DNA from: the human T2T-CHM13v2.0 reference genome, Homo sapiens
Direction: 5' to 3' (one strand)
NCBI RefSeq assembly: GCF_009914755.1
Contig: NC_060937.1
DNA: 64,000 nt
Within the stretch, counting starts at the first letter, position 1. The number at the start of each line of letters is the position of its first letter. Positions 13,701 to 26,759 of this stretch are shown piece by piece. Below the pieces are notes generated by a model, which did no database searches, was not told the origin of the DNA, and saw nothing but the letters and a program-made list of their open reading frames with translations. The translations under genes were made by a program, and so were the position numbers.

Positions 13701-14276
13701 TTGAGGAACTATTGTATAATTCTGTTAGGGAATTGGGATATTATCAAGTGTTTCTTCTTCACAAAAAAATTCCTATTAGAATATATTACTTGTATATATA
13801 AATAGAACAAAGGTCATGTTATAAATATAGTACAAGCATGATAGAATGAAATGAACCTAATTATTTCTTTAAACACTTGTGAATATTGTTAACACTTAAG
13901 GGCACAATTCTCAACAGCGAAAATCTTTCTATTCCACTCTTATTTGCAAGAAAAAACTGAAATATATGATATTACCAGCTGATTAAAAAACTCTCCCTTA
14001 TGAGTTAGAGAGAAAACTATAATAAATGTGCCCTGACATAGCAATTACCTATTGTGCTAGATGCAGTGTATATATGACATATAGATATCCACATAAGCAC
14101 ACACATACAAACAAATGTTTGTGTGTATATGTGTATGTGTGCACATGTAATATAATACATCTGTTCCTGCTCTCCAAGACAGACTCTAAGCGTTGAATGA
14201 AAGATTATGTTTTCCACTAGTGTTAGTTTTAGAAGAGATGAAAGATTTCTGCTACTTAGAATTTTACCTCCAAGGC

Positions 14277-14617
14277 TGTTATGGACTAAATATTTGTGTG
14301 CCCCAAAGTTCATATTTTGAAATTCTAATCCTCAAGGTGTTGGTATTAGGAGGTGGAGACTTTGGGTGATTAGCTCATGAGGCGGAGCCCTCGCGAATGG
14401 GATTGAAGCCCTTGTCACTCCAGGAAGTCGCTGCTATCTGCCACTTAAGCATACAAGGAGAAGTCAGCAGTGTGCAGCCAGAAGGATGGTCCTCAACAGA
14501 AGCTGTCACCCTGATCTCAGACTTCCAGCCATCAGAACTGGCTGAGAAATAAATGTCTGCTGTTAAAGCCACCCAGTCTATGGTATTCTGTTAGAGTAGA
14601 CAGAACTGACTAACACA
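14277..14617 (+). mobile_element. MaLR solo LTR (MLT1A/MSTD-like)
   Basis: TG...CA termini. TGTTATGGACTAAATATTTGTGTGCCCCAAAGTTCATA start and GAGAAATAAATGTCTGCTGTTAAAGCCACCCAGTCTATGGTATTCTG...GACTAACACA end. Confidence 0.88.
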
Positions 14618-14734
14618 AAGTTTATGTTTTTGCTCTTAGTAAAAACCTTTGTCTTAAATATGTTTTATCATGGTAAATACCTCTTTGTGTCTTAAATATT
14701 AATATTTATACCACATTTTTTCAGCCTGATGGAC

Positions 14735-14895
14735 GTTACCAGTGTTCACCAATATTTCTGGATCTCCTGTGTTTCCTGGTCAAATGGCCTTGTCTTCCTG
14801 AGGATAGGCTCAGGCATGACTATGTGATGTGCTTTGACCAATAAAATGTCAGTAGAAGTGACGTGCATCATTTCCAAGAGGAAGCATTTCAGAGG
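14735..14895 (+). mobile_element. MLT1H/I/J-like LTR fragment
   Basis: GGCATGACTATGTGATGTGCTTTGACCAATAAAATGTCAGTAGAAGTGACGTGCATCATTTCCAAGAGGAAGCATTT is the conserved old-MLT1 core. Confidence 0.6.
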
Positions 14896-15045
14896 TAATG
14901 TATAAGTCTTAGAAAAATGTATGATTGGCATACATTTGGAAAGGAAATGGCAATAATAAAATTACAAACATCCACATTTTAGTATCAAAACACTTCCATC
15001 TACATAGAAGCCTGAATAAATTTTTCTTCTTTCTTAGAGAGTAGT

Positions 15046-15170
15046 TATGGATGTATGAATGCAGGATGAAATAATGGATGTGTGAATGGATGGATACATA
15101 GATGTTTGGATGGATGAATAGATGGACAGGTAGATAAATGGATGAATTGGTGGATAGATGGATGGTTGGA
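15046..15170. repeat. Degenerate (TGGA)n simple repeat
   Basis: Repeated ATGGATG/TGGATGGA/TAGATGG units. Confidence 0.85.
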
Positions 15171-15502
15171 GTGCTGACTATTTCATTATAAAAAATAAAT
15201 AAAATTGAATATTGAAAATGCCCCAGCTTACAAAGGATATTTTCCTCCCCTTTGAACTCTAAAAATATACTCATTTTCACGACCACATATTTAATATTTA
15301 CCATATATTAAATCAAAGACATTGTTTTTAAACAGTATTGATAATTGAGAATGTCTTTTTCTTCATCTATACTAAAAATTTGGAAAGGAAAAACTACCTG
15401 CCTTATTTCCATGTTATACTCCCCTACATGAAGCTACATTTCATCGTAGAAAAGGATTTTGAAGCCATCAGTAGATTCAGATTGTATAAGCGTACTTCAT
15501 TT

Positions 15503-15641
15503 TTGTGACTGTAAGTAAATTATTTACCTTAAGTCTCAATTTCTTTATCTGAAAAAAGAGATAGTATCTGACTTAAATATTTGTTAAAATGTCATACATA
15601 TAAAGCACCTAGCACATATTAGGAGATCATCAAATATTAAG
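15503..15641 (+). mobile_element. MIR SINE fragment
   Basis: TGTGACTGTAAGTAAATTATTTACCTTAAGTCTCAATTTCTTTATCTGAAAAAAGAGATA...TAAAGCACCTAGCACATATTAGG matches the MIR core and 3' end. Confidence 0.65.
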
Positions 15642-17017
15642 TTTTTTTTGTATATCTCTCACTCATAAGCTTCATGCAAATTGATGGCTTTAAAAAGAGT
15701 TGGGTTAATAATTTAATAAATATGAAATGAAGTTACCTAATCCATCATCATTTGTGAGTTATTATGTTATTTGAGACAAATGTTTTAAGTTGAACAGATG
15801 GTTGTCTGTTCAATCTAGTCTGTGAGCTATAAATTTTATTTTTCTCACTAGAGATTTCCCTGAACATTTAGTGATTTTAAGTTATTTTTAAGATTTAGAC
15901 AAAAAATAATTTTATAGAAGAATTGCAAATTTTGGCATAGACTCTAATGTCTTTTTTATAGCAAAAAAAAAATCTACATTTTAGGCAAAGGATTCAGAGT
16001 GATTAAACCTAAGAACATTTAACACAATGCCAATCATATTTGGTAACATGGTGGAAATAGTATAATCTTTCATATTGAACCAATGAAAACAGGTGCAGAA
16101 GATATTCAGTCTTGCATTTAGAACTTCAAATGACTTAAAATGCCCTCCTGAGAAGCATACTTTAAGATAATGTTAGTTAGGGGGATAATGTCAAATTGGT
16201 GGCCAACTTTTTATTCATCTGGTCAACAATTCTCTACTCTGTTTATTTAAAGTGGAATAAGAACAGATTGCAATATTATAAAGAGTAGCTTGCACTAGAC
16301 CAGCGATTTGACAGGACAGGCTGGGAAAAATTCAAGAGGACTTCTGGAGTTAGAATTCATGAAGCAGTGTGATGAATGACATGTGGGGGAGCAGGAATGG
16401 TTGGTGATTGTTGAAATTTCTAGCTAGAGTTATTGGGTAAAATAGTTCCTGCCTTCCCATATTGCTGTTGGATTCCTATTGGATTACTTGGCCTCAGAAG
16501 TTTTCCCTTGAACCTTCCCTATCTTTATTGCCTAATCTTACATATAGTGTAAAAGGCCAGCAGGATTTAAAGTGTAGAAACTGGATCAACTGATAACCAA
16601 TCTAAGAAAGCATTCTTTATACAGTACATTTTTTTCTAAAATATTTTTAAAGCGATAATTATTGGATAGGAAAGGGGAATACTTAAGGCTAGATTTATCT
16701 TGATTTGAAACTTAGGGATGGAAAGTAACTGGGAACCATCTTCTGTCAAAAAAAAAAAACCTCCATAAATATGAAGATTATTAAATCACTCTCCAGCTCC
16801 CTCCTCTCCAGGATAAAACACACCAATTTATTCAACCACTCTTCATAGTCTCAATTATGCGACCCACGAGCCATTTCCATTCTTTTCTTTTAAACTCTTT
16901 CTTATAAATACTAACTAAACTAACTCAAACTTTTCTCACACCCATACTTTACTTCCGTACAGGTGAACAAAAGACAACAACTTTAAATACTAAGTTTCAG
17001 CATTAAGCCACCAGACT

Positions 17018-17206
17018 CCTGAGGTTCTGGAGCTGACTCACACCAGCTAGCAAGAGACAGCTGTGGTCAGAATTCAGTTCCATCTTGTGAGTAAATCATC
17101 CATGGTTGGAATATTTATATCAGGGAGATTGGCGAATGCTACAAATAAGGCCTTCCCTGACCACCTATGAAAACCTATTGTTAAACATTTATCAGCAGAC
17201 ACCTGC
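17018..17206. mobile_element. hAT DNA transposon relic (MER63-like)
   Basis: Termini resemble MER63 ends: GTTCTGGAGCTGACTCACACCAGCTAGCAAGAG and CCTATTGTTAAACATTTATCAGCAGACACCTG. Internal GATTGGCGAATGCTACAAATAAGG also fits. Confidence 0.55.
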
Positions 17207-17323
17207 ACAAGCCACAAACCTACAAGACCTCTGTGGCCATTCCTTCTATTTCAGTTACCTAATGACAGATATCTACAATTAATTGATCTCAGACTTTAGT
17301 AGACTTTGTCTTGGAATTGTACA

Positions 17324-17720
17324 TGATATAGTTCAGATATGTGTCTTCTTTGAGTCTCACACTGACATGTAATCCCCAATGTTGGAGGTGAGACTTGGTG
17401 GGAGGTGATTAGACCATGGTGATAGATTTCTCATGAGTGTTGTAACATCATCCCCTTGGTGCTGTCCTTGCAATAGTGAGTGAGTTCTTAAGGGATCTGA
17501 TTGTTTAAAAGTGTGGCACTTCTCCCTACTCTTGCTCCTGCTCCTGCCATGTGAGACACCTGCTGACCCTTTGCCTTCTTTTTCAAGACTCCCCAGGAGC
17601 AGATGTCGGTGCTATGCTACCTGTACGGCCTGAAGAACTGTGAGCCAATTAAACCTCTCTTTTTACAAATTACCCAGTCTCAGATATTGCTTTATAGCAA
17701 CACAAGAACAACCTAACACA
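17324..17720 (+). mobile_element. MST (MSTB-like) MaLR solo LTR
   Basis: TGATATAGTT start, TGTAATCCCCAATGTTGGAGGTG, and GAACTGTGAGCCAATTAAACCTCT...AAATTACCCAGTCTCAG...CTAACACA end. Confidence 0.92.
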
Positions 17721-18659
17721 CTAAAGAAAATCTTTCCAAACTCAAGGCTCCAAGTTGCCACTGATGTGTGATTAGAATTGGCTCCTGATTGAAAACCTAT
17801 TTCAAATTTTAGCACATCTCTGATATGTATGAGAAACAATAACTTGAGATCATGACCATGTAGACAGTGAGTAGAATATATAAAGGCCCTTATTCCTGAT
17901 TCCAAGGAAATTTCACTGTTGCTGTCTTCCCAATATCCGAAGTGTTTTCGTTTAATAAAGAACCACAAAGTTTTCAACAGTACTTCCAGCTTATGCAATC
18001 AACTTGTTTGCCAATTAATTTTTCGACCATCTGACCCTCCCTTTAACAACAGCTCCATGTTAAACTCCTTTTTTGCAATGGAAGTTCCTAAGGCTATGAC
18101 TTTGGTTATTTAATGTTACACAACTCCTTAATTTGTGTAAATGTAGTCTCAGTCAAGAGAAATCTTGGGATCACATGTCCTTTTGTCAACTGAAGAGTGC
18201 CATGCAAGGGAACATGCACTTCTCTCTTCTGATTCCCTGCTCTAATTTCTGTCATCAGTATCTTCATTCCTCTCATACCTTGAATTAGTTGCTGGATAAA
18301 TATGCATGTTTGGACACACAAATAATAGAACGTTACTGCAAGAAATACTATTGCAAAACTAAAGTTAATCCAGATAGGAAAACTGAGCTGTAAGAAACCA
18401 TGTACTTCATTTTGTATTTCATCTTGATTAATGCTTTATCTGAGTGCAAAATTTTTAATTCATAGAGCTCTTTCCCTGTTATTTGGTTTTTTGTTTTTGC
18501 CAAAGCATTTTGAAAGTATTCTGTAATGTCTGTTTTTAAGAGTTAGGTTTCTAGAGAGGCCTAATTGTTATTTTTTGTTGGTAATACTTTTCTCATGTTT
18601 AGTTTTTAAGAATATGGCCTTCCAATTTTTAAAATGTATTTTTTATCATTTAAAAATTC

Positions 18660-18893
18660 TTAAATTATTTTGACTATGTATTTATCATGTACAAAACGTT
18701 GTTTTGAAATACTTATATACTGTAGAATGGCTACATCAAGCTAATTAATATATGCATTATTTAATATACTTATCATTTTTATAGTAAGAGCATTTAAAAT
18801 CTACTCAGCAACTTTCAAGAGTATAATAAATATTATTAACTGTAGTTACCCTATTGTAAAATACATCTCTGGAATTTATTCCTCCTGTCAAAC
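18660..18893 (-). mobile_element. L1MA-type LINE-1 3' UTR fragment
   Basis: TCAAGCTAATTAATATATGCATTA...CATTTAAAATCTACTC...TATTATTAACTGTAGTTACC...ATCTCTGGAATTTATTCCTCCTGTC is the reverse of an L1MA 3' end. Confidence 0.8.
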
Positions 18894-18899
18894 CCAAAG

Positions 18900-19146
18900 A
18901 GAATATGGATTTTGACGTGCTACAATTTCATTACTTTGTGCCTCTGTGCGGATTTATTTTCATTTATTTTTCTCAGTACGAGACACGCACATCCTATCTG
19001 AAGGCTCATGTTTTTCTTCAATTGTGGAAAATTCCTTACTTTTTTCAGTATTGTTTCTCCTTTATTCTTTTTATTGTAAACCTCATGGTTATATGTCGGA
19101 GTCTCTAAATCTACCCCTCCTATCTGTGAATTGTTCTTTTCTATGT

Positions 19147-19192
<46 letters not shown>

Positions 19193-19395
19193 CGCATGTA
19201 CATGCATGCAATTCCTTCGCATATTCCTTGGCATTTTCTCTAAGCTGCATCCTGGGTGAATTCTTTCCTGGATGTCTAGTCTGGAAACTCTTCTATCTAT
19301 TAAATATTTTTGTTCCATGACTCCACTTTTTCCTGAATCCACAAATTTATTTCTATATGCATTTATTGGACAATATTTTTTGTTCCCTTTGTGGA
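18900..19395 (-). mobile_element. Ancient L1ME/HAL1-like ORF1-region fragment
   Basis: T-rich strand with CAATTTCATTACTTTGTGCC...GGATTTATTTTCATTTA...TTCTTCAATTGTGGAAAATTC, as in reversed old L1 ORF1. Very diverged. Confidence 0.4.
19148..19210. repeat. (TG)18(CG)5 compound microsatellite within a 63-bp alternating purine-pyrimidine tract
   Basis: TG run 19149-19184, CG run 19185-19194, then CATGTACATGCATGCA keeps the alternation to 19210. Confidence 0.97.
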
Positions 19396-19398
19396 TGC

Positions 19399-19860
19399 TG
19401 TGGTAGACACATCAATGCCCCCTTCCTCCAGGATATGGAAATATGTTACTTTACATAACAGAGGTGATTTTCTGTGTGTGACTAAATTAAGGATTTTAAG
19501 ATGAAGATTATCTTGGATTATCCAGGTGAGTCCAATAGAATCCCAAGGGTCCTTGCAAGAGAGAAGTAGAAATGTGAGCGACAGAGCCAACGTGATGGAT
19601 GAAGCGCAGGCTGCAGTGATGCACTTTGAAGATGGAGAGGCAGCCAAGAGCCAAGGAACGCAGCAGCCTCCAGAGCTGAAAAACCAAAGCAAACGATTTT
19701 TCTCTAGAGTCTCAGAAAGAAAAGCAGCTCTGCCAACACCTGGATTTGAGCCCAGTGGGCCCCATGTTGGATGTCTAAGCTGCTGTAAAGTAATGAATGC
19801 ATGTTGTGTTAAGCTACTAAGTTTGTGGCAATTTGCTATAGTAGCAATATGAAGCTCACA
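19399..19860 (+). mobile_element. MLT1D/MLT1C-like MaLR solo LTR
   Basis: TGTGGTAGAC start, GATTATCTTGGATTATCCAGGTGAGTCCAAT, CTTTGAAGATGGAG...GAGCCAAGGAACGCAGCAGCCTCCAGA, and TTAAGCTACTAAGTTTGTGGCAATTTGCTATAGTAGCAATA end. Confidence 0.9.
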
Positions 19861-20550
19861 TGAATGCTGTGTCTTTTTTGGAAGATACTTAACCTATGTA
19901 GGGTCTTTTCATATTGTTCTATTTGTTTTAGTACATTTATTTTAACAAGAGGACATCCATCTTCTCTCTTTCTTCCTTTCTCTTACTCTTGCTTTTCTCA
20001 CTAGTCACACAGGTCTTCTAGATTGCTTTTGCCTCCTTCCTGCCTGCCCTGTGGTCTCCCATCCTGAGCCACATCTCAGTATAGTACCAACCTTTTCCCT
20101 GTGATTGCAGGATATGTCAAATCCAACAGGCAGCTTGGCCCAATCTTGGGTGTATGACTGTTTGCTTTTTTATTTTCTGTAAGTAAACCTCACTAAACCT
20201 TAGTCCCAGACAATGATCAGTAACACCTTTTATTTCAGCATTATTTTGCAAGGTGGGGGCCAAGACATTGTTTATGTTAAGCAGTAAATTTTGCTGGCCA
20301 GTCACGTTATGAGTGGTACTTACAGACCTCGGTGCCCCAGAGTGCCCAAGAATGCCACTGTGAGTACCTGCTTCCAGACCCAGGGCCTGGGATGCCTCCG
20401 GCTTCAGCCCTTTTTATCATTGCCTTTTCTTCTTGATTTCTGGCTCATGAACATGCTTATTTTGTTTTCTATCATTTATGCTGTCTCTTTATATTCTGTA
20501 TCTTATTTTTTTTCCTGCAATTGAGAGAGGATTTCAAAACATAAACTTAA

Positions 20551-20898
<348 letters not shown>

Positions 20899-22987
20899 GA
20901 CAATAGTTTCATTTTTAAAATAACTCTTGGTAAGAGGCAAAAGAAAATAGGATCTATGTGGCAGCCATGCCAGTTTTATTTTCCTATGCCAGTACAGACT
21001 CATGTCGAATCGCTTCCTGGAGCACTGTGTGGAGAAAGATTCCAAGGTTACATCTGTTCTCACTGGAGAATTGTGTCAGCCTTGGTTAATGATCCCTGTT
21101 GTGGGCGCTGAGGGAGGACGTGCCCCTCTCTCCCGTAACGTATTTGCTATGATGCAGACTGCACCCTGTTGCGGCAGTTAGGTTTACTTAATGTCATGCA
21201 ACACAATCAACCCAGTTACATTAATTTTTAGGTGGCCATTTATTATAAAGACATTAGGAATTCACAGGACCAACAGGAACTAGAGAAATATTCTTTGGAT
21301 GACTCAGGGTAGGTCATCTTGCCTGCACTCCCTTAAGTAGCGTACTGAAGAGTCACATTGACACACTGCAGGCAAAATCTTATAAAAGTGGCATTGGTAA
21401 GAGTTGTTGCATTGTCTCCTACAAGGCAGCAAGCTTCAAGCACACGCATGAATGCAGTGAAGAGAATAGCATTACAAATGTAAAACACATCAAACTCACA
21501 AGAAGTCCGAGATCAGTATTTTCACACCTTTTTCAGCGCTCCAAGTAGATCCTAAAGAGGATGATCTTAATATTTTAAATTTCCTTTTAGTTTTGTTAAA
21601 CTAATATTGACAACAAGGTGTGGGGATTTGGCACACCCCAAATTGCAAGTAGATCTATAAATACAAAACATCGCTTGTGGTCTGGCAGTTTCACTATACT
21701 TTACACATTTGAGAAATACATTTCTATAGGTTTTGGGGGATGTGTCTACATCTAGATATAGACATATCTATATATCTATAGCTATATATGTAGTTTAAGT
21801 TGAAGTACATATCCAAAAAGAGATTAAAATAGTTTTGGTGATATTAAAATTACAGGCTGTTTATTCTTATTTCATAAACAGAACTCTTTTATCTGTAAAG
21901 AAATGTGGACATTGGTTTCAAAGATATTATTTCAAAGAAGAAAAAAAACAAAACTATCCCCTAACTGAAATAAACATTGATTAAAAAACTTAGCTGAGCT
22001 TGAAAATGTACTTAATAAAGTTTAATTAGTATAATACTATTTCACTATTTGAAATGATTTAAAGATAATTTAAAAATATAGCAAAATGTCAATATTCTTT
22101 TAATAATTCATAGCTTGGCCATGGAAAAATTACAATTGTGGTTGTAAGTAAATACTTGTAGAAGGCCAGTCAGTTCATTTATTGTCAAATTCTCTATCTT
22201 TGCAATGATCCTTAAAAATGAAAAATACTTGCTTATACCTTAGACTTCACTAGTACTTACATGATGGTATGTGACAAGCCCATTTGCAAACGTTGCAATT
22301 GGTTAAAAAATGCAACTTCTAATACCTTTTTCTCCTATATATTCTCTTTTAATAGTCACTGATTTACATGACATACTGATTTAATGTATCTAATCCAAAC
22401 TGGTACGCTTTCCTTTTAGTGCATTTGGTTTCATATCACAAATCGAATCTCAAGGTTGTCATCTGCTCTTACACAATATAATCTCTAGTCACAAAGAAAA
22501 CAACCTTGGTCCTCTCTTTCACGCACACCCATAGAATGTCTTTCTTGCTCTCGCTCCTCAAGGCCACAAACACTGAAAGATCCTAATTAAAATACAAGGT
22601 TTGACTCTGTTCTCTTCAAGGATTACTGAAGCTAAGAATGTGAAAGTCATAGAGATTAAAAAAAAAATACTCAGGCCCTAACAAAGACTTTCTTTGAGTT
22701 TCACAGTTAGCTTTTCTTTTCTGCGGCATCATGCACTCTGGAAAGAAAAAGTTATGATGAAAAAACTGAGAATGTGGACATCATTCAAGCTAGTTTAATG
22801 CATACATTCTCATATTAGTTTAATGCACGTATGTCAATGTGAACAGAATTTCAGACAAAACGTCTAAGCAAGGATGCATGCAGAAAGAGCTTTGACATCT
22901 AACGACTTCATAGAAATAAGCACACATAAGACACATATGTATTCCCATATCTCTGCACATTTTTTTAATATTTGTGAACATATATTG

Positions 22988-23055
22988 TATTTTATTTTAT
23001 AATTTCAACATTCATTTTAGATATGGGGATACATGTGCAGGCTTATTATGTTGGA
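22988..23055 (-). mobile_element. Short L1 (L1PB/L1MA-like) 3' terminal fragment
   Basis: TTTTATAATTTCAACATTCATTTTAGATATGGGGATACATGTGCAGGCTTATTATG resembles a reversed L1P/L1MA 3' end. Confidence 0.6.
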
Positions 23056-23198
23056 TTCTGTCTTTTAAGACTATCAGCCAAGAAAACAGATGTATTTTCA
23101 AGAGCTAAATGTCAAGAGTTACAGATCCAGGTCAAGCTCAATATAATAATAACTTCTCCATGATGTTGAATCATCAAAGAGTTTCTTTTTAAAAAATA

Positions 23199-23587
23199 TT
23201 CTTCCTTCCTCCCTCCCTCCTTCCTCCCTCCCTCCTTCTTCCCTCCCTCCCTTCCTCCCTCCCTCCTTCCTTGCTCCCTCCTTCCTTCCTTCCATCTTTC
23301 CTTCCTTCCTTCCTTCCTTCATTCCTTCCTTCTTTCCTTCCTTCCTTCCTTCCTTCATTCCTTCCTTCCTTCCTTCCATCTTTCCTTCCTTCTTTCCTTC
23401 CTTCCTTCCTTCTTTCTTCCTTCTTCCCTTTCTCCCTCCCTTCCTTCCTTTCTTCCTTACCTCAATCTTTCCTTCCTTCTTTCCTTCCTTCCTTCCTTCC
23501 TTCATTCCTTCCTTCCTTCCTTCCATCTTTCCTTCCTTCCTTCCTTCCTTCCTTCCTTCCTTCCTTCCTTCCTTCCTTTTTTCTTTC
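23199..23587. repeat. Complex (TTCC)n/(TCCC)n polypyrimidine microsatellite, about 390 bp
   Basis: Almost purely C/T on the + strand with recurring variant units CCATCTTT and TTCATTCC. It produces the spurious EGRK and PSFL ORFs. Confidence 0.98.
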
Positions 23588-26500
23588 AGGGAAAATGTAT
23601 GCATATCAAAAGAAAAAAATGCAACTCTGTGTGGTCACCACTTTCTAGTGATTCTACTATAAATAGACTCAAGCTGATATAGATATAAAGTCATGCTCTG
23701 GTCTTAGTGTCTTTGCTTACTCCTTTACATCCTTTATACTAACACACATTTAACCTCATTCACCCATAAAAGGTCTAACACTGATACAGAAAAGAATTAG
23801 CTTGATATTAGTTTATATTTTCTACATTTCCCTAATTTTCAGTTTTAGTAACTCTGAATTAATACCACTTGCTTCCATTTTATTTTAAATCTCTCTTTCC
23901 ACCAAAAAAACATGATTTAATTGAGGGAGAAAAGCCAAAGAATAACAATCAGCCTTTCTAAAGTTATAGCTGTACATGGAAAATCACTGAAAATAAAATG
24001 GAAAGAATACATTTGTGTACAGAATACATGATAATGATCTCAAGAAATATCTCTGAGTATCTTTCAAAAATTTTATTACAATATTTCTTCATAGAAATTT
24101 AGCCTTAGACTTTCATCACTACTTAGCCACTCATCAGGACCTTCTCTTCTCATCATAAGGACTAGAGAGGTATTTTATGTCATTGAACATTTGATACCTT
24201 TGGATTACTTGAGGAATCTTTTAATGTTTGACTTCATATTAATTACCCAAATTCCTTTCACTTTATATAACCTTAAACCCAAAGGCTAAGTTTCTATTAA
24301 AGAAATGTTTGAAGCTATGCTCATTTATTTTTACTGTCATAATTGCATGGACACAGTCTCTTCTATCAGAATAAAAAATGCTAAGCTCCACTTTCTGCTC
24401 AGCTATGGCTTTGGGGAGATGACATTTGTGAGTGCTAAGGGGCAAATTAGGATTCAGAGGATAAATGACCAGTCCAAGGAGATCCAGCTAGTAAAGATAA
24501 TTTTGCATTAGCTCTCAGATCTCCTTGTTGTCTTTCCCAAGGTCTAACTACAAAAACATGCTGTCATCAGGGAAAACATGACCTTTAAAATGCATCATGG
24601 AAAATTACTTTTAGGGTGATTTTTGTGTAGTTAAATCTATTTTATTAAAATTATACAGAAATGGTCAAAGGTCACATCTAAACCAAACATGTATAACAAA
24701 ATAGAAAGTAAGTAAAATATCCACATCATTGATATCATGTTGATAAAGCACGTGTTCTAGATGGCAGTCAGAAATTTGTAATGTTCATGGAGGTACGGTC
24801 TACAGTCACACACATATTTTTATTCTCCTTTTATGTGACTGTAAGCATGTCTTCTCATACTTGTCCGACGCAGCCTCTTTTCTACTATGTTTCAAACACA
24901 ACATAAGTAGCGCATCAAAGCAGGAACAAGCAAATACAAATTTGAAATTAAATTAGCCAAAATGCCAAAATTTTACATCTATGAATAAAATTTAAAAGTG
25001 AGAAAAGCAGTTTGAAATTATCTCGTACACAGAAGTGAAGAAGCCAGGTTTGAGGCATATCGTGAAGAATTCTGCCCCTCTTCCCCAAAAGACAAGGGTT
25101 CGCCAAATTTTGGTGGCATTAATTAGGACTCTTACTCAGAATCATCTTAGTACTCATGACATTGAGCACCAAAACGGGACATTAGACAACAGCCACACAG
25201 GTGCAGCTTTAGGACCACAGCGGACTTCCTCAGCACATCTAAAAAAGGGAGCTAGAGAAGATGCACCAATCATAGACTATGAATAAGAAAGATTATAGTT
25301 CATCTACTAGGGAAAAATACATTTGGGGTAAGAATTCACCATAGTCAGTTTCTACAAGCTAAGGGAATAATAGAATACCAAAGTTCAGGTAACTTCAAGG
25401 CTGGTAGCTACAACATTGATTCAATATCAGATCTCTTTGGGGAATACTGCTTAGAACCTGAATTCAAATAGAACGGTCATATTTCACAAAGTTCTGATCA
25501 TAGTTATTATGTCTCTTTATATAGCTTGGATTGTTCAGTCCATAACAAGAGTCCAGTGACCCAGGAACATAACTGTATTTCCCCTGCTGAAGCACAGTTT
25601 CATATATGTTGCTGCTTGATCCTTTTCCAAGTTCTTGTCAATACCCAAGTCTTCTAAGAGTGAATATTTCCGTCATAAACAATTATAGCTATCACAGTAT
25701 CACCTGAGGTACTTCATTTAGAGTGAGATGTTTAATGTTCTTATATAAGAACTACTATAACATCTAAATTTTTTCCAAATGTAAAGCCAATTTAGCATTC
25801 AATTCAATCCAGACTGGTTACTCTTCCCCACAAAGCATTTAAAATATCATTTTTCACACAGATTCACATATCCATCCCACTGCACAATTGCCCTATGGCA
25901 ATTGGACTTTATTTAAAGACACAAAGTTGGCAACAGCATTATAAAGATTTGGTTATAAAGTTTTATTTGAACATTTGCCAATGGAAAAACCAAGACTTCT
26001 GAAAATAATAATATTGACTCTAACACAAGGAAGAGATCAATCCTACATAAGATGCTATGGAATAAGAACAGCAGGGGACCCACAGAAAAGGACTGATAAA
26101 ATTTGAATGATATAAAAACAGTCTTCCCTCACTAAGAAATCTGTCCAGTCCATTTTGGGAGAGGAATTGGAAATTACTATCAGAAAACTACCATATATTA
26201 TATGCATAGAATATATAAAAATGGACAAAATATTAAAATGGCTGCAACTCATATGACATATTATGGATTCAATATTTCTATAGTTATTTTATATGATCTA
26301 CATGACATCCTTAGAAAAAAATGCTTTTGGGTTTTTAGATATGAATACTCAGATTTATGAATGTCACCTCACTATAGAAGTCAAAATTTTGTTGCAAAAA
26401 TTGGACAAAAACAAATTAATGACACCCCATAAAAAATTTCCAAAGCATAATTTTTTCTAAGTGTCTCTCAAAAAACTGTTTCAGACAGTCCAGGTTCATA

Positions 26501-26654
26501 TATATTATTACAGATGAATTATTAATAGCACGTTCTTTTACTCTCAATTTTTTTTTTCTGGTTTGGAACATAAATTAAATGGCAACCACACTTAGAGCCA
26601 AATGTTTTCATGGTGCTTTTGTTTTATATTGAGGATAGAGAGGGCTAACTGGAT

Positions 26655-26745
26655 TGAAAACTTAAAGCAGGCAAAGAGACACCTAGAGAAATTGTTAAAA
26701 TACAGATTGTTGACTTACAACCCCAGAAATGATGATATAAATTAT
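26655..26745. mobile_element. MER5A-like hAT-Charlie relic
   Basis: GACACCTAGAGAAATTGTTAAAATACAGATTGTTGACTTACAACCCCAGA resembles MER5A TCACCTGGAGGGCTTGTTAAAACACAGATTGCTGGGCCCCACCCCCAGA. Confidence 0.5.
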
Positions 26746-26759
26746 TGGGGAGGAGAATA

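Noticed and set aside
15790-15813. 9-bp perfect inverted repeat TTGAACAGA/TCTGTTCAA
   Set aside because: Short enough to arise by chance in a window of this size and composition.
23119-23648. 161-aa EGRK-repeat ORF (-) and 125-aa PSFL-repeat ORF (+)
   Set aside because: Both are translations of the (TTCC)n microsatellite, which lacks stop codons. No coding evidence.
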